From positions 28,726 to 92,725 of the forward strand of contig JBBSGB010000010.1 in assembly GCA_038254545.1 (NCBI GenBank): 64,000 bases of DNA, in the 5' to 3' direction. Every line of letters starts with the position of its first letter. Position 1 is the stretch's first letter. Positions 39,042 through 50,519 of this stretch are shown in pieces. Below the pieces are notes generated by a model that was given only the letters and a program-made list of their open reading frames with translations, was not told the DNA's origin and searched no databases. This DNA is from Burkholderiales bacterium (GTDB lineage: Bacteria; Pseudomonadota; Gammaproteobacteria; Burkholderiales; Burkholderiaceae_D). Position numbers and translations under genes: made by a program.

Positions 39042-41171
39042 CTACGCTGCGTTGAGCGCTTCCATCAGTTTCCGGCGCGAATTGAGGAGTCCGTTGGCTT
39101 CCATTTCCCGCAGGTGCTGCTGCGTCGACGGCGGTTTCGCGGACGAGCCGATGTGCCGCTCCAGGATCTTCAGAAACGGTCGCATCATCCGTGGATCGAA
39201 ATGGATGCCGCTCTCGCACATCATCTGCTCGACCGCCAGTCGGTGGGGCCACGCGCGCTTGTAGGGCCGCTCGTTGGTCAACGCGTCATAGACGTCGGCG
39301 AAAGCGCAGATCCGCGCTGCCAGCGGGATGTTGTCACCCGATGCATTCGGATAGCCCTCGCCGTTCCACCATGCGTGGTGATACTTGGCGATCACCGCGG
39401 CCATTTGCAGCGTCGAATCTTCGGATCCTTCGAGCAGTTGGGCGCCGACCTCGGTATGCGCGCGCATCGCCGTCACTTCGCTCGCGTCCAGCGGACCGGG
39501 CTTGAGCAGGATCATCTCGTTGACGGCGATCTTCCCGATGTCGTGCAGCCGCGAAGCATGCTCGATGCGCACGCAATACTCGCGGTCCATGCCCAGTTCG
39601 GCGGCCAGCAACCCGGCCAGACGGCCGACGCGAAAGCAATGCTGACCGGTCTGGTCATCGAAAAACTCCGCGGCGAGCGCCCAGTTCTCGGCGACGTCGT
39701 AGGCAGCGGTGCGCATCGCAGCCTTCAGCGAATCGATCCGCAGCTTGGCCAGATCGCCGTGAATGGCGGTCAATTCGTCGTGCTTGCGGACGCGCCCGCG
39801 CACTGCGCCGACCGACGAGACCGGTGACGACATGATGGCGATCGCTTCCGCGCTCGCATCGGTGGCGGCGACTTCGTCGTCGAGCCAGCGACGGACGCCG
39901 GCGAACGGATCGAACACCGCGGACGCCTTGTCGTCTTCCCTTGACTTGCGAGCGGCCTCACGATCGCTCACCTGCCGGTAGAACTTCGCGTGCTTGACGT
40001 TAGTGGTGTATTCGACAAGTTCCTTGGCCGGATTGTTTCCCGCAGTGTGCTCGACCAGTTCCCGCGCGTACTTCATGCCGGTCCTGGCCGTCTGCGTCAC
40101 GATCCGCTTGAGGGCGTCGACCCCGTCAACGGCGTGATCGTGGCGCTCGAGCTTGTCGATCTCCCCGGTCAATGTGCGGCTATGCACGTCCATCAACGCA
40201 CGAAGGACGTGGTCGTGATGCATGCGGGTCTGCCTGGTCCTGTGATAGAGCTCGAAGAGTTGCTTGCGCGCCCGCGCTTCACGGTCGTGGTCGCGGCTTG
40301 CCCAATCGCAGAGGGCTTCGGCGATGTCGAGCAGGATCTCGACTGGGGGATTGCTTACTTTCGCGGTGCGCACCTTGGCCGCCGCAATCAGAAGTTCTGC
40401 CGTCTCGTTGTCCTGTTTGAATAGGAGGTACATCGCGCGGCAATGCTCGAAGTTCGTCTTCAGGACGATGTCTGCAAGGGGATTGTCGTCGTACATCTCC
40501 GAGCCGATGCGCAGGTAACGAAGCGCGGCTTCGTCGTCGCGCAGGCGATGGGCGCTGAACAGGCCGTTGATGGCATTGATGAAAGCCAGGTAGCGCCCGC
40601 GGGGCGAACTGGCCTCATAGGCAAGCGCCTTGTCGGCGACTTCCATCGCTTCTTGATAGAGGCCCATCTCCTTCAAAAGCGCACCGGCATTTGTCATTGC
40701 TAGGCAAACCAGCACCGGATCGCCAATCTCATTTGAAAGCTTCAACGAACTCTCGAGAGATTCGCAGGCTTCTTCGAAGCACGCGCCATCGAGATATGCC
40801 GTTCCCAATGCATTGGCCGCAAGCCGCTCGAGATTGATCAATCCATTTTGTTTCGCAAGATTCTTCGCAATCTGACCACGAGGAATTCCATCAAAGCTGT
40901 AGCCGATCTGCTTGTAGTAATAGCAGGCATCGCCCAGCACTTTGATCCGGGCTTCGAGATTCAGATTCCTTTCCACCTGCATCAGGATAGTCGTCAGGCG
41001 ATCGACCATCGCGCGATGCTGAGCGTTGAAACCACTGATCGCAGCGACGGTGCGGTCTACTAGAACACCTAGGACGCGCGTAGCAATCTCGACGTCGATG
41101 CTGTCGATTACCCGTACGGCATCGGGCACGCTTCCTTGCAGGAGAGCGTCTACGGATATCACCTGGTTCAT
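39042..41171 (-). CDS. TPR-like repeat sensor protein with a C-terminal HD-GYP domain (predicted c-di-GMP phosphodiesterase)
   Basis: 709 aa. Residues ~70-300 are helical TPR-like repeats (LGDACYYYKQIGY..., ALGTAYLDGACFEEACESLESSLKL, NAGALLKEMGLYQEAMEVADKALAY). The C-terminal HD-GYP region reads HCFRVGRL...ASRLHDIGKI...KYHHAWWNGEGYP...FADVYDALTNERPYK. G+C is visibly lower than in the neighbours. Confidence 0.85.
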   Translation of the reverse strand: MNQVISVDALLQGSVPDAVRVIDSIDVEIATRVLGVLVDRTVAAISGFNAQHRAMVDRLTTILMQVERNLNLEARIKVLGDACYYYKQIGYSFDGIPRGQIAKNLAKQNGLINLERLAANALGTAYLDGACFEEACESLESSLKLSNEIGDPVLVCLAMTNAGALLKEMGLYQEAMEVADKALAYEASSPRGRYLAFINAINGLFSAHRLRDDEAALRYLRIGSEMYDDNPLADIVLKTNFEHCRAMYLLFKQDNETAELLIAAAKVRTAKVSNPPVEILLDIAEALCDWASRDHDREARARKQLFELYHRTRQTRMHHDHVLRALMDVHSRTLTGEIDKLERHDHAVDGVDALKRIVTQTARTGMKYARELVEHTAGNNPAKELVEYTTNVKHAKFYRQVSDREAARKSREDDKASAVFDPFAGVRRWLDDEVAATDASAEAIAIMSSPVSSVGAVRGRVRKHDELTAIHGDLAKLRIDSLKAAMRTAAYDVAENWALAAEFFDDQTGQHCFRVGRLAGLLAAELGMDREYCVRIEHASRLHDIGKIAVNEMILLKPGPLDASEVTAMRAHTEVGAQLLEGSEDSTLQMAAVIAKYHHAWWNGEGYPNASGDNIPLAARICAFADVYDALTNERPYKRAWPHRLAVEQMMCESGIHFDPRMMRPFLKILERHIGSSAKPPSTQQHLREMEANGLLNSRRKLMEALNAA

Positions 41172-41277
41172 TGACGGGCTTGCTTTCGTTGAACGGACTA
41201 CGCTACCTTGGCAACATCTGACGCAAATCGTCAGTACCAGACAAAACCCGGCCTAAACTTTTTCTCGGAGCACCATC

Positions 41278-41403
41278 ATGATTGCAACCACCCAAACGCA
41301 AGAAGTCGTCGCAGTTGCTACCGAGAAGCAGGTCCAGTACGTCTTCGTCGAAGACGCGGCGCTGATTCATGTCGGCGGCGGTTCGGCCACTGGTCATTTC
41401 TAA
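41278..41403 (+). CDS. Candidate 41-aa small protein or peptide precursor (MIATTQTQEVVAVATEKQVQYVFVEDAALIHVGGGSATGHF)
   Basis: ATG 41278 is preceded by GGAG (41267-70) at a 7-nt spacing. TAA is at 41401, and a strong intrinsic terminator begins 28 nt downstream. It is too short for the ORF track. A fully antisense 64-codon frame (41203-41397, minus strand) cannot be excluded on composition alone. Confidence 0.35.
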   Translation: MIATTQTQEVVAVATEKQVQYVFVEDAALIHVGGGSATGHF

Positions 41404-41430
41404 ATCCTGATACAAACAAGATTCGCGCCA

Positions 41431-41480
41431 CGCCAGCAATTCGCCCCGCAAAACGGGGCGATTGCTGGCGTTGTTGTTTT
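41431..41480 (+). terminator. Rho-independent terminator (plus-strand orientation)
   Basis: cgccagcaattcgccccg - caaaa - cggggcgattgctggcg forms a 17-bp stem with one bulged T. It is followed by ttgttgtttt. The T tract is on the plus strand only. Confidence 0.8.
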
Positions 41481-41757
41481 GTGGCCAAGGTTTTGATCTA
41501 GCCTCCCAAATTAATTCACTCGGGATACGCCTAGATCGATGGCACATCCCTAATCAATAACTAGATGATCGATCGATGGCGAAATAGGAATTAACCCATT
41601 CGAACGGGACGTGCTATTCGTAGCAACGAATAATCGACCCCGTGTTCGGCAGCTATGCTGCAGCCTCCTGTGGGTGAATTCCGGCGGAGGACTACGTCTG
41701 ATAGCTCGCGCCCTGCCACGATGCGGACAACTAAAATGACGCATCCTCACGAGCCGA

Positions 41758-42336
41758 ATGAATACCGATCCACTCCCTTCGAGCACGACCGCATCGACCT
41801 GCCGTTACGGCAAGCCGGCGATCGCGCTGCACTGGATCATTGCGGTACTGATCTTCGGGATGATCGCGCTGGGCTGGTACATGATGAGCATCGAGAAGGA
41901 GCCGGGTGCGGATGCCCTGTTCGACCTGCACAAGTCCTTCGGGTTGACGGTATTCGGACTGATGGTGCTGCGCATCCTGTGGCGCGCGGGGGATCGACCC
42001 GAAGGTCTGCCGGACTCGGTTCCCGCCTGGCAGGCCAGGCTGTCGGCGCTGATCCACTGGGCGCTCTATGCATGCATGATCGTGATGCCGGTCACCGGCT
42101 ATCTGGGTGCCTCGCATCAGAAGGAATCGCCGAAGCTGTTCGGCCTCGACCTGCCGCATTGGGCCACGCCCGACCACGATACCGCCGAAGCGTTCTTCAC
42201 GATCCATTCGTTCACGACCTGGGTGCTCGTCGTGCTGATCGCCTTGCACGTCCTCGCGGGATTCAAGCACCTGCTGATGGATCGCGATAGGGTTTTCCAG
42301 CGGATGTGGATGGAACGCCGCGATCAGCGGACTTGA
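41758..42336 (+). CDS. cybB: Cytochrome b561 family protein (CybB-like)
   Basis: 192 aa with four TM helices and the conserved His pattern ([31 protein letters not shown]). Confidence 0.85.
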   Translation: MNTDPLPSSTTASTCRYGKPAIALHWIIAVLIFGMIALGWYMMSIEKEPGADALFDLHKSFGLTVFGLMVLRILWRAGDRPEGLPDSVPAWQARLSALIHWALYACMIVMPVTGYLGASHQKESPKLFGLDLPHWATPDHDTAEAFFTIHSFTTWVLVVLIALHVLAGFKHLLMDRDRVFQRMWMERRDQRT

Positions 42337-42626
42337 GAGTCCGTCCTGGCGCTCGAAGGCTCGACGATCTGCACAAACACTTCGCCTTCCTTCAACATCC
42401 GGAGTTCATAACGCGCGCGTTCCTCGACCGCGCCGGCGCCTTCCTTCAAATCCTTCACTTCGGCCGCGAGCTTGGCGTTGCGCGCTTCGAGATCGGTGTT
42501 GGTTTTCTTCTGCACCTGAAGTTGCCGCTCGGCGTCGCGTACCTTCATCCACCCGCCCTTGCCGAGCCACAAGGGGAACTGGATCGCGATCAGCAACGCG
42601 ACGATCGCGATCGGGATCAGGCGCAT
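42324..42626 (-). CDS. ftsB: Cell division protein FtsB
   Basis: [26 protein letters not shown]... is followed by a coiled coil. The position downstream of eno is conserved. I chose ATG 42624-42626. Confidence 0.86.
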   Translation of the reverse strand: MRLIPIAIVALLIAIQFPLWLGKGGWMKVRDAERQLQVQKKTNTDLEARNAKLAAEVKDLKEGAGAVEERARYELRMLKEGEVFVQIVEPSSARTDSQVR

Positions 42627-42645
42627 CGCGCGATCGACCTGGAAA

Positions 42646-44290
<1,645 letters not shown>

Positions 44291-44320
44291 GTTGGTTCTC
44301 GCGCAGTTGTTTGTCAGAGA

Positions 44321-45178
44321 TCAAACGCCGAAGTCATTCTCGGCAAAACCATTCTTCTTGACGGCGCGATCGAGCGCGACCATGACCTCGAGCAACGCAC
44401 GCATGCGCTTCAACGGTACCGCGTTCGGTCCGTCGGACTTCGCGTGCTCGGGATCGGGATGCGTCTCCATGAAGACGCCCGCGACGCCGACCGCGATCGC
44501 CGCGCGCGCGAGTACCGGCACGAACTCGCGCTGACCTCCCGAGGTCGTGCCCTGCCCGCCCGGCAACTGCACCGAGTGGGTCGCATCGAACACCACCGGA
44601 CACGCGGTCTCGCGCATGATCGCGAGCGAACGCATGTCGGACACCAGATTGTTATAGCCGAACGAAGCGCCGCGTTCGCACACCAGGATGTTCTGTCCGT
44701 CGCCACCCGCTTCGACGGCCGCATCGCGCGCCTTGTCGACGACGTTCTTCATGTCGTGCGGCGCCAGGAACTGACCCTTCTTGATGTTGACCGGCTTGCC
44801 CGCGGCCGCGGCCGCGGGGATGAAGTCGGTCTGGCGGCAAAGAAAAGCCGGCGTCTGCAGCACATCGACGACCGACGCCACCGGTGCGACCTCGTAGATC
44901 TCGTGGATGTCGGTGAGCACCGGCACGGCGATCTGCTTTTGCACCTCCGCAAGAACCTTGAGGCCATTCTCCATGCCCGGCCCGCGGAAGGACTTGCCTG
45001 AACTGCGATTGGCCTTGTCGAACGACGACTTGAAGATGAAGGGGATTCCGAGCGCCGCCGTCATCTCCTTCAGGGTGCCCGCCGTGTCGAGCGCCAGCTG
45101 TTGCGATTCGATCACGCAAGGCCCGGCGATCAGGAAGAACGGGTGCTCGAGGCCCGCATCGAAGCCGCACAGCTTCAT
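44321..45178 (-). CDS. kdsA: 3-deoxy-8-phosphooctulonate synthase
   Basis: 285 aa, with [12 protein letters not shown]...[12 protein letters not shown]...[12 protein letters not shown]. Confidence 0.95.
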   Translation of the reverse strand: MKLCGFDAGLEHPFFLIAGPCVIESQQLALDTAGTLKEMTAALGIPFIFKSSFDKANRSSGKSFRGPGMENGLKVLAEVQKQIAVPVLTDIHEIYEVAPVASVVDVLQTPAFLCRQTDFIPAAAAAGKPVNIKKGQFLAPHDMKNVVDKARDAAVEAGGDGQNILVCERGASFGYNNLVSDMRSLAIMRETACPVVFDATHSVQLPGGQGTTSGGQREFVPVLARAAIAVGVAGVFMETHPDPEHAKSDGPNAVPLKRMRALLEVMVALDRAVKKNGFAENDFGV

Positions 45179-45179
45179 C

Positions 45180-46931
<1,752 letters not shown>

Positions 46932-46985
46932 TTATAGCGGAAGCGTCGCGGCCCCCTGCCACAACACGCTTGCATAATCGCGGCG

Positions 46986-47846
46986 ATGAACAAGAAACGC
47001 TCGCGACCGCAGCGGTCGAAAACCGCGACCAGGGCGAAGTCGCTCGCGTCCGCTGCGATCCGCCCACCGATTGCAAATCGCGACGCCGCGCCACGCCTGG
47101 ATGTCGTCGATACGGCGCGCGGCGTGGCGATCGCGATGATGATCGCCTATCACTTCTGCTTCGACCTGACGTATTTCGGCTGGACGCGGTGGGCGATGCT
47201 CGACGACCCTCGATGGGTAGCATGGCGCGCGAGCATCGTGGTGAGTTTTCTCTTTCTCGTCGGCATCTCGCTCGCGTTGCGGGAGGCCCGCGATCGGGCG
47301 CGCGTGCCGGCGATGCCACACGGCCGCGACGCGAATCGCGCGTTCATCAAGCGCTGGGCGCAGGTTGCTGCGGGGGCGCTGCTGGTGAGCATCGGCAGCG
47401 CGCTGCTGTTTCCCGATACCTTCATCTACTTCGGCGTCCTGCATTTCGTCGCGGTTGCGCTGTGGGTCTGCCGACGCGCACCGCGGCTGGGCGCGTCGGC
47501 CATCGCGCTTGGCCTCGTTGCAATCGCGCTCGGTACGCTGATCCACGAACCTGCGTTCGACCCGCGCCTGATCAACTGGATCGGATTCGCCGAGCAGAAA
47601 CCGATCACCGAGGACTACGTGCCGCTGTTTCCGTGGCTCGGGGTGGTCCTAATCGGCTGCGGAATCGGTGCCCTCTGGACGCGGCACAAGTGCCGCCTTG
47701 CACCGTTCGTGTCGCATGCCTGGCAAGGTACCCCGCGTGGTCTGCGTAAGCTGCTTGCGACTTCGGGCCGATGGAGCCTCACCATCTACCTCGTACATCA
47801 GCCCATCCTGTTCGGCGCGATGAGCCTGATCAAACAACTAAGATGA
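46986..47846 (+). CDS. DUF1624 / heparan-alpha-glucosaminide N-acetyltransferase-like membrane protein
   Basis: RLDVVDTARGVAIAMMIAYHF... is followed by ~8 TM helices, the typical DUF1624 acyltransferase-like architecture. Confidence 0.72.
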   Translation: MNKKRSRPQRSKTATRAKSLASAAIRPPIANRDAAPRLDVVDTARGVAIAMMIAYHFCFDLTYFGWTRWAMLDDPRWVAWRASIVVSFLFLVGISLALREARDRARVPAMPHGRDANRAFIKRWAQVAAGALLVSIGSALLFPDTFIYFGVLHFVAVALWVCRRAPRLGASAIALGLVAIALGTLIHEPAFDPRLINWIGFAEQKPITEDYVPLFPWLGVVLIGCGIGALWTRHKCRLAPFVSHAWQGTPRGLRKLLATSGRWSLTIYLVHQPILFGAMSLIKQLR

Positions 47847-47849
47847 ATC

Positions 47850-48572
47850 TTACTTGTAGTTGAACGTGATCTTTGCCGAGTAGGCCTTGCGAGTCGCGGG
47901 ATCCTTGAGATTGGTGATCCCGGAATATTCGAGTATCTGCTTGTTGTCCATGTCGATCGTCAGTTCCAGCGGCGGCAGGAGCAGCCGCAGCAGGGAGTCG
48001 AGTTCGATGCGCACCCGCATCGCGCGGCGGCCGTCGACCTCGACGTTCGCCAGCTTTCTCGCCCGCAACCGGAAGCTGTCGGTCTTGCCGGCGACTGCGA
48101 GTGTGAAATGCAGTGTGGTCCCGGCTTCGAGTTGTTCGAGGTGATCGACCACGTAGGGCTGCGAGCCGCAGTCGGCCACCATGTTCTGCACGCGTGTCAG
48201 CGACGCGGCATGGCGTTGGCCGTCGCGCAGCATCGAGACATCGACATGCTGTGCATCGATGCGCGTGATGGCTTCGTGATATTCGACATTCGATTGATCG
48301 AGCGTGTAGATCGGCATGTAGCGATCGGTCGAGAAGTCGAACTTGCGCACGCCGATCGCCACGCCGCCGGGAAGGAAATATCGCGTCGTTCCCGACGTCC
48401 ATCGACCGTTCTCGACCTGGACTTCGTAGTTCTCGGTGTAGAGCACGCGGCCGGTCTTGAGGTCGTGCGCGGCGGTGGTGAAGCGCTGGGTTTCCACAGC
48501 GTGCGCAAGACATGGCGCAATCGCCAGCCAGGAGAACAACGCAACGGCCTTCACGAATCGGGGGCTAAGCAT
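47850..48572 (-). CDS. Hypothetical secreted/periplasmic protein
   Basis: 240 aa from ATG 48570-48572. It has a signal peptide (MLSPRFVKAVALFSWLAIAPCLAHA) and a beta-rich body. The start overlaps the stop of the upstream methyltransferase gene by 8 nt. Confidence 0.6.
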   Translation of the reverse strand: MLSPRFVKAVALFSWLAIAPCLAHAVETQRFTTAAHDLKTGRVLYTENYEVQVENGRWTSGTTRYFLPGGVAIGVRKFDFSTDRYMPIYTLDQSNVEYHEAITRIDAQHVDVSMLRDGQRHAASLTRVQNMVADCGSQPYVVDHLEQLEAGTTLHFTLAVAGKTDSFRLRARKLANVEVDGRRAMRVRIELDSLLRLLLPPLELTIDMDNKQILEYSGITNLKDPATRKAYSAKITFNYK

Positions 48573-49629
48573 CGATCTCTGCCACGCCGCGCCTGGCGAG
48601 TCGGTAATGGGCAACGCCCCATTGCCGGCCTTCGTCGTAGCCGAACAATTCGGCGACGGCCATGTAGAACATGCGCCAGCGCGCGAACCAGATGCGCGCG
48701 TCGCCCTCACCGTAGGTCGCTCGAAAGATTTCCATGATGGCGCCTTCGGCGTTGTCCATGTGGCGCAACCAGTCGTTGGCGGTGCGCTCGTAGTGTCGTC
48801 CGGAAACCCACCAGCGTTTCTCGACCTGGAGATCGTCGTCGAAATGCTTGAAGAGATCGAAGCTCGGCATCGTGCCGCCGGTGAAGAAGTAGCGCGACAT
48901 CCAGTCGTCGGCTTCCTTGTCCTCGAAGTGATAGGCGAGTTGCCGGTTCGCGAACACGTGCACGAACACGCGGCCCTCCACGGCCAGCCAGCGCGCGATC
49001 TTCGCGAACAGTTTCCGATAATTCTTCATGTGCTCGAACATCTCGATGGAGACGATGCGGTCGAAGCCTTCTCCGATATCGGCCGCATCGAATTCGTAGT
49101 CGACGATGTTGCCGGTGCGTATCGTGAGATTGGTCAGGCCGCGCTTGGTGGCTGCCGCTTCGATGTATTCGCGCTGCCCATGCGAGTTGGACAGGCCGAT
49201 CACGGTCGAACGGGGAAAGCGCGCAGCCGCCCAGAGCGCGAAAGAACCCCATCCACAACCGAGGTCGAGGATGCGCTGGCCGTCGACAAGCCCGGCGCGA
49301 TCGGCATAGCTGGCGAGCATCGCCTCTTCGGCGCCGGCGAGGCTTTCGCGTCCGGACGCAAACAGGCAGCACGAATACTTCAGCCGCGGCCCGAGATGCA
49401 GGCGAAAGAATTGCGCCGGCACTTCGTAGTGCTGGCGATTGGCCGACTGGGATTCGATCGCGATCGGACTTGCGTCGAGCTCGCGCACGAATTGATGGAA
49501 GCGCGCGCCAAGCGCCGCATCGTCTCCCGCGGCTTCGCTCTTGAGCCGCCTGGTCATGAGCCGGCGCATGCCGGCCCGGACCCAAGAGTCCGGCAGCCAG
49601 CGGCGTTCGGCGAGATCGATGACGTTCAT
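48565..49629 (-). CDS. Cyclopropane-fatty-acyl-phospholipid synthase family SAM-dependent methyltransferase
   Basis: CMAS-family blocks are present: HYEVPAQFFRLHLGPRLKYSCCLF, SAM motif ILDLGCGWGSFALW, and IVSIEMFEHM. I chose ATG 49627-49629. Confidence 0.85.
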   Translation of the reverse strand: MNVIDLAERRWLPDSWVRAGMRRLMTRRLKSEAAGDDAALGARFHQFVRELDASPIAIESQSANRQHYEVPAQFFRLHLGPRLKYSCCLFASGRESLAGAEEAMLASYADRAGLVDGQRILDLGCGWGSFALWAAARFPRSTVIGLSNSHGQREYIEAAATKRGLTNLTIRTGNIVDYEFDAADIGEGFDRIVSIEMFEHMKNYRKLFAKIARWLAVEGRVFVHVFANRQLAYHFEDKEADDWMSRYFFTGGTMPSFDLFKHFDDDLQVEKRWWVSGRHYERTANDWLRHMDNAEGAIMEIFRATYGEGDARIWFARWRMFYMAVAELFGYDEGRQWGVAHYRLARRGVAEIDA

Positions 49630-49636
49630 GCGGTAC

Positions 49637-50425
49637 TCATCGGACGGCTTCGCGCTTGGGTAGCCACGGAATGAACGCACTGGTGGTGCGCATGTAATCC
49701 GCGTATCCGGGCCGGCTCCTGGCGAGATGGGCCTCGGTAATCGGGATACCGGAGAGGCGCAGCAGCAGGAAGGCCATCACGGCCGGCGAGATCAGGCCGA
49801 CCCACCACCACGGGCTGCCGATCGCCAGCAGCAGATACGTGAACCAGTGCAGGCACTCGAAGAAATAATTCGGGTGTCTCGAATAGCGCCACAGGCCTGC
49901 ACGGCACACGCGACCCTTGTTGCTGCTGTCCTTCACGAAGCGCGCGAGTTGCGCGTCAGCCGTGGCTTCGCCGACCACCGAGACGATCCACACGATCGCC
50001 GCCGCAGCGGCCGCCCAGGGCGGCGGAAGATCATCGCGCCACGCCACGACCACGAAGGGCAACGACAACAGCGCGGCGAACACGGTCTGGAACTGGAAGA
50101 ACCAGAACAGATTGCGATCGGCATTCTTGCCCCATTGCTCGCGAAAGCGCGCATAGCGGCCGTCTTCTGGCTTGCCGTGATTGCGCATGAACAGATGCAT
50201 GCCCAGACGCAATCCCCAAAGGCCGGCAAGCACGGCGAGCATCGTTCGCAGCGCGATCGGCGCACTGCCGAACGCCGCGAAGCAGACGCCGAGCGCTCCC
50301 AGGCTCCACGACCAGACCGGATCGACCAGGTTGCTGTTGTGACTCTTCAGCTGAAATATCCAGACGACCGCGAGCGCGAGCGCCACGCACGCAATGGCGC
50401 CGACGTAGATCAGACAGGCGTGCAT
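49637..50425 (-). CDS. DUF1295 membrane protein (steroid-5-alpha-reductase/ICMT-like fold)
   Basis: Multi-TM protein with GLWRYSRHPNYFFECLHWFTY near the C-terminus. I chose ATG 50423-50425. The track start at 50461 is a TTG. Confidence 0.75.
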   Translation of the reverse strand: MHACLIYVGAIACVALALAVVWIFQLKSHNSNLVDPVWSWSLGALGVCFAAFGSAPIALRTMLAVLAGLWGLRLGMHLFMRNHGKPEDGRYARFREQWGKNADRNLFWFFQFQTVFAALLSLPFVVVAWRDDLPPPWAAAAAAIVWIVSVVGEATADAQLARFVKDSSNKGRVCRAGLWRYSRHPNYFFECLHWFTYLLLAIGSPWWWVGLISPAVMAFLLLRLSGIPITEAHLARSRPGYADYMRTTSAFIPWLPKREAVR

Positions 50426-50519
50426 CGGGAGCGAATGGACAGGGAGATCATCGAAAGGCAAGGCCGCGCATGATTACAAGCAGCTTTACGCGTCGCAACG
50501 ACCGACGGATTCGATCGCA

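Noticed and set aside
41209-41226. Sigma-54-like TGGCA...GCA element upstream of the small ORF
   Set aside because: The GG-to-GC spacing is one nucleotide longer than the canonical -24/-12 arrangement, and the -12 region is GACGCA rather than TTGCA. No enhancer-binding protein gene is nearby.
41203-41547. 114-aa minus-strand ORF in the HD-GYP/cybB spacer
   Set aside because: It reads straight through the 17-bp terminator hairpin and the AT-rich spacer, and its first half has poor third-position GC. I rejected the long form. The shorter 64-codon version (41203-41397, AGGA RBS) is not excluded and is discussed as the alternative to the plus-strand 41-codon ORF.
42324-42336. 13-nt convergent overlap of the cybB and ftsB 3' ends as a regulatory feature
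   Set aside because: Short convergent overlaps are common in compact GC-rich genomes. No hairpin or other structure is evident.
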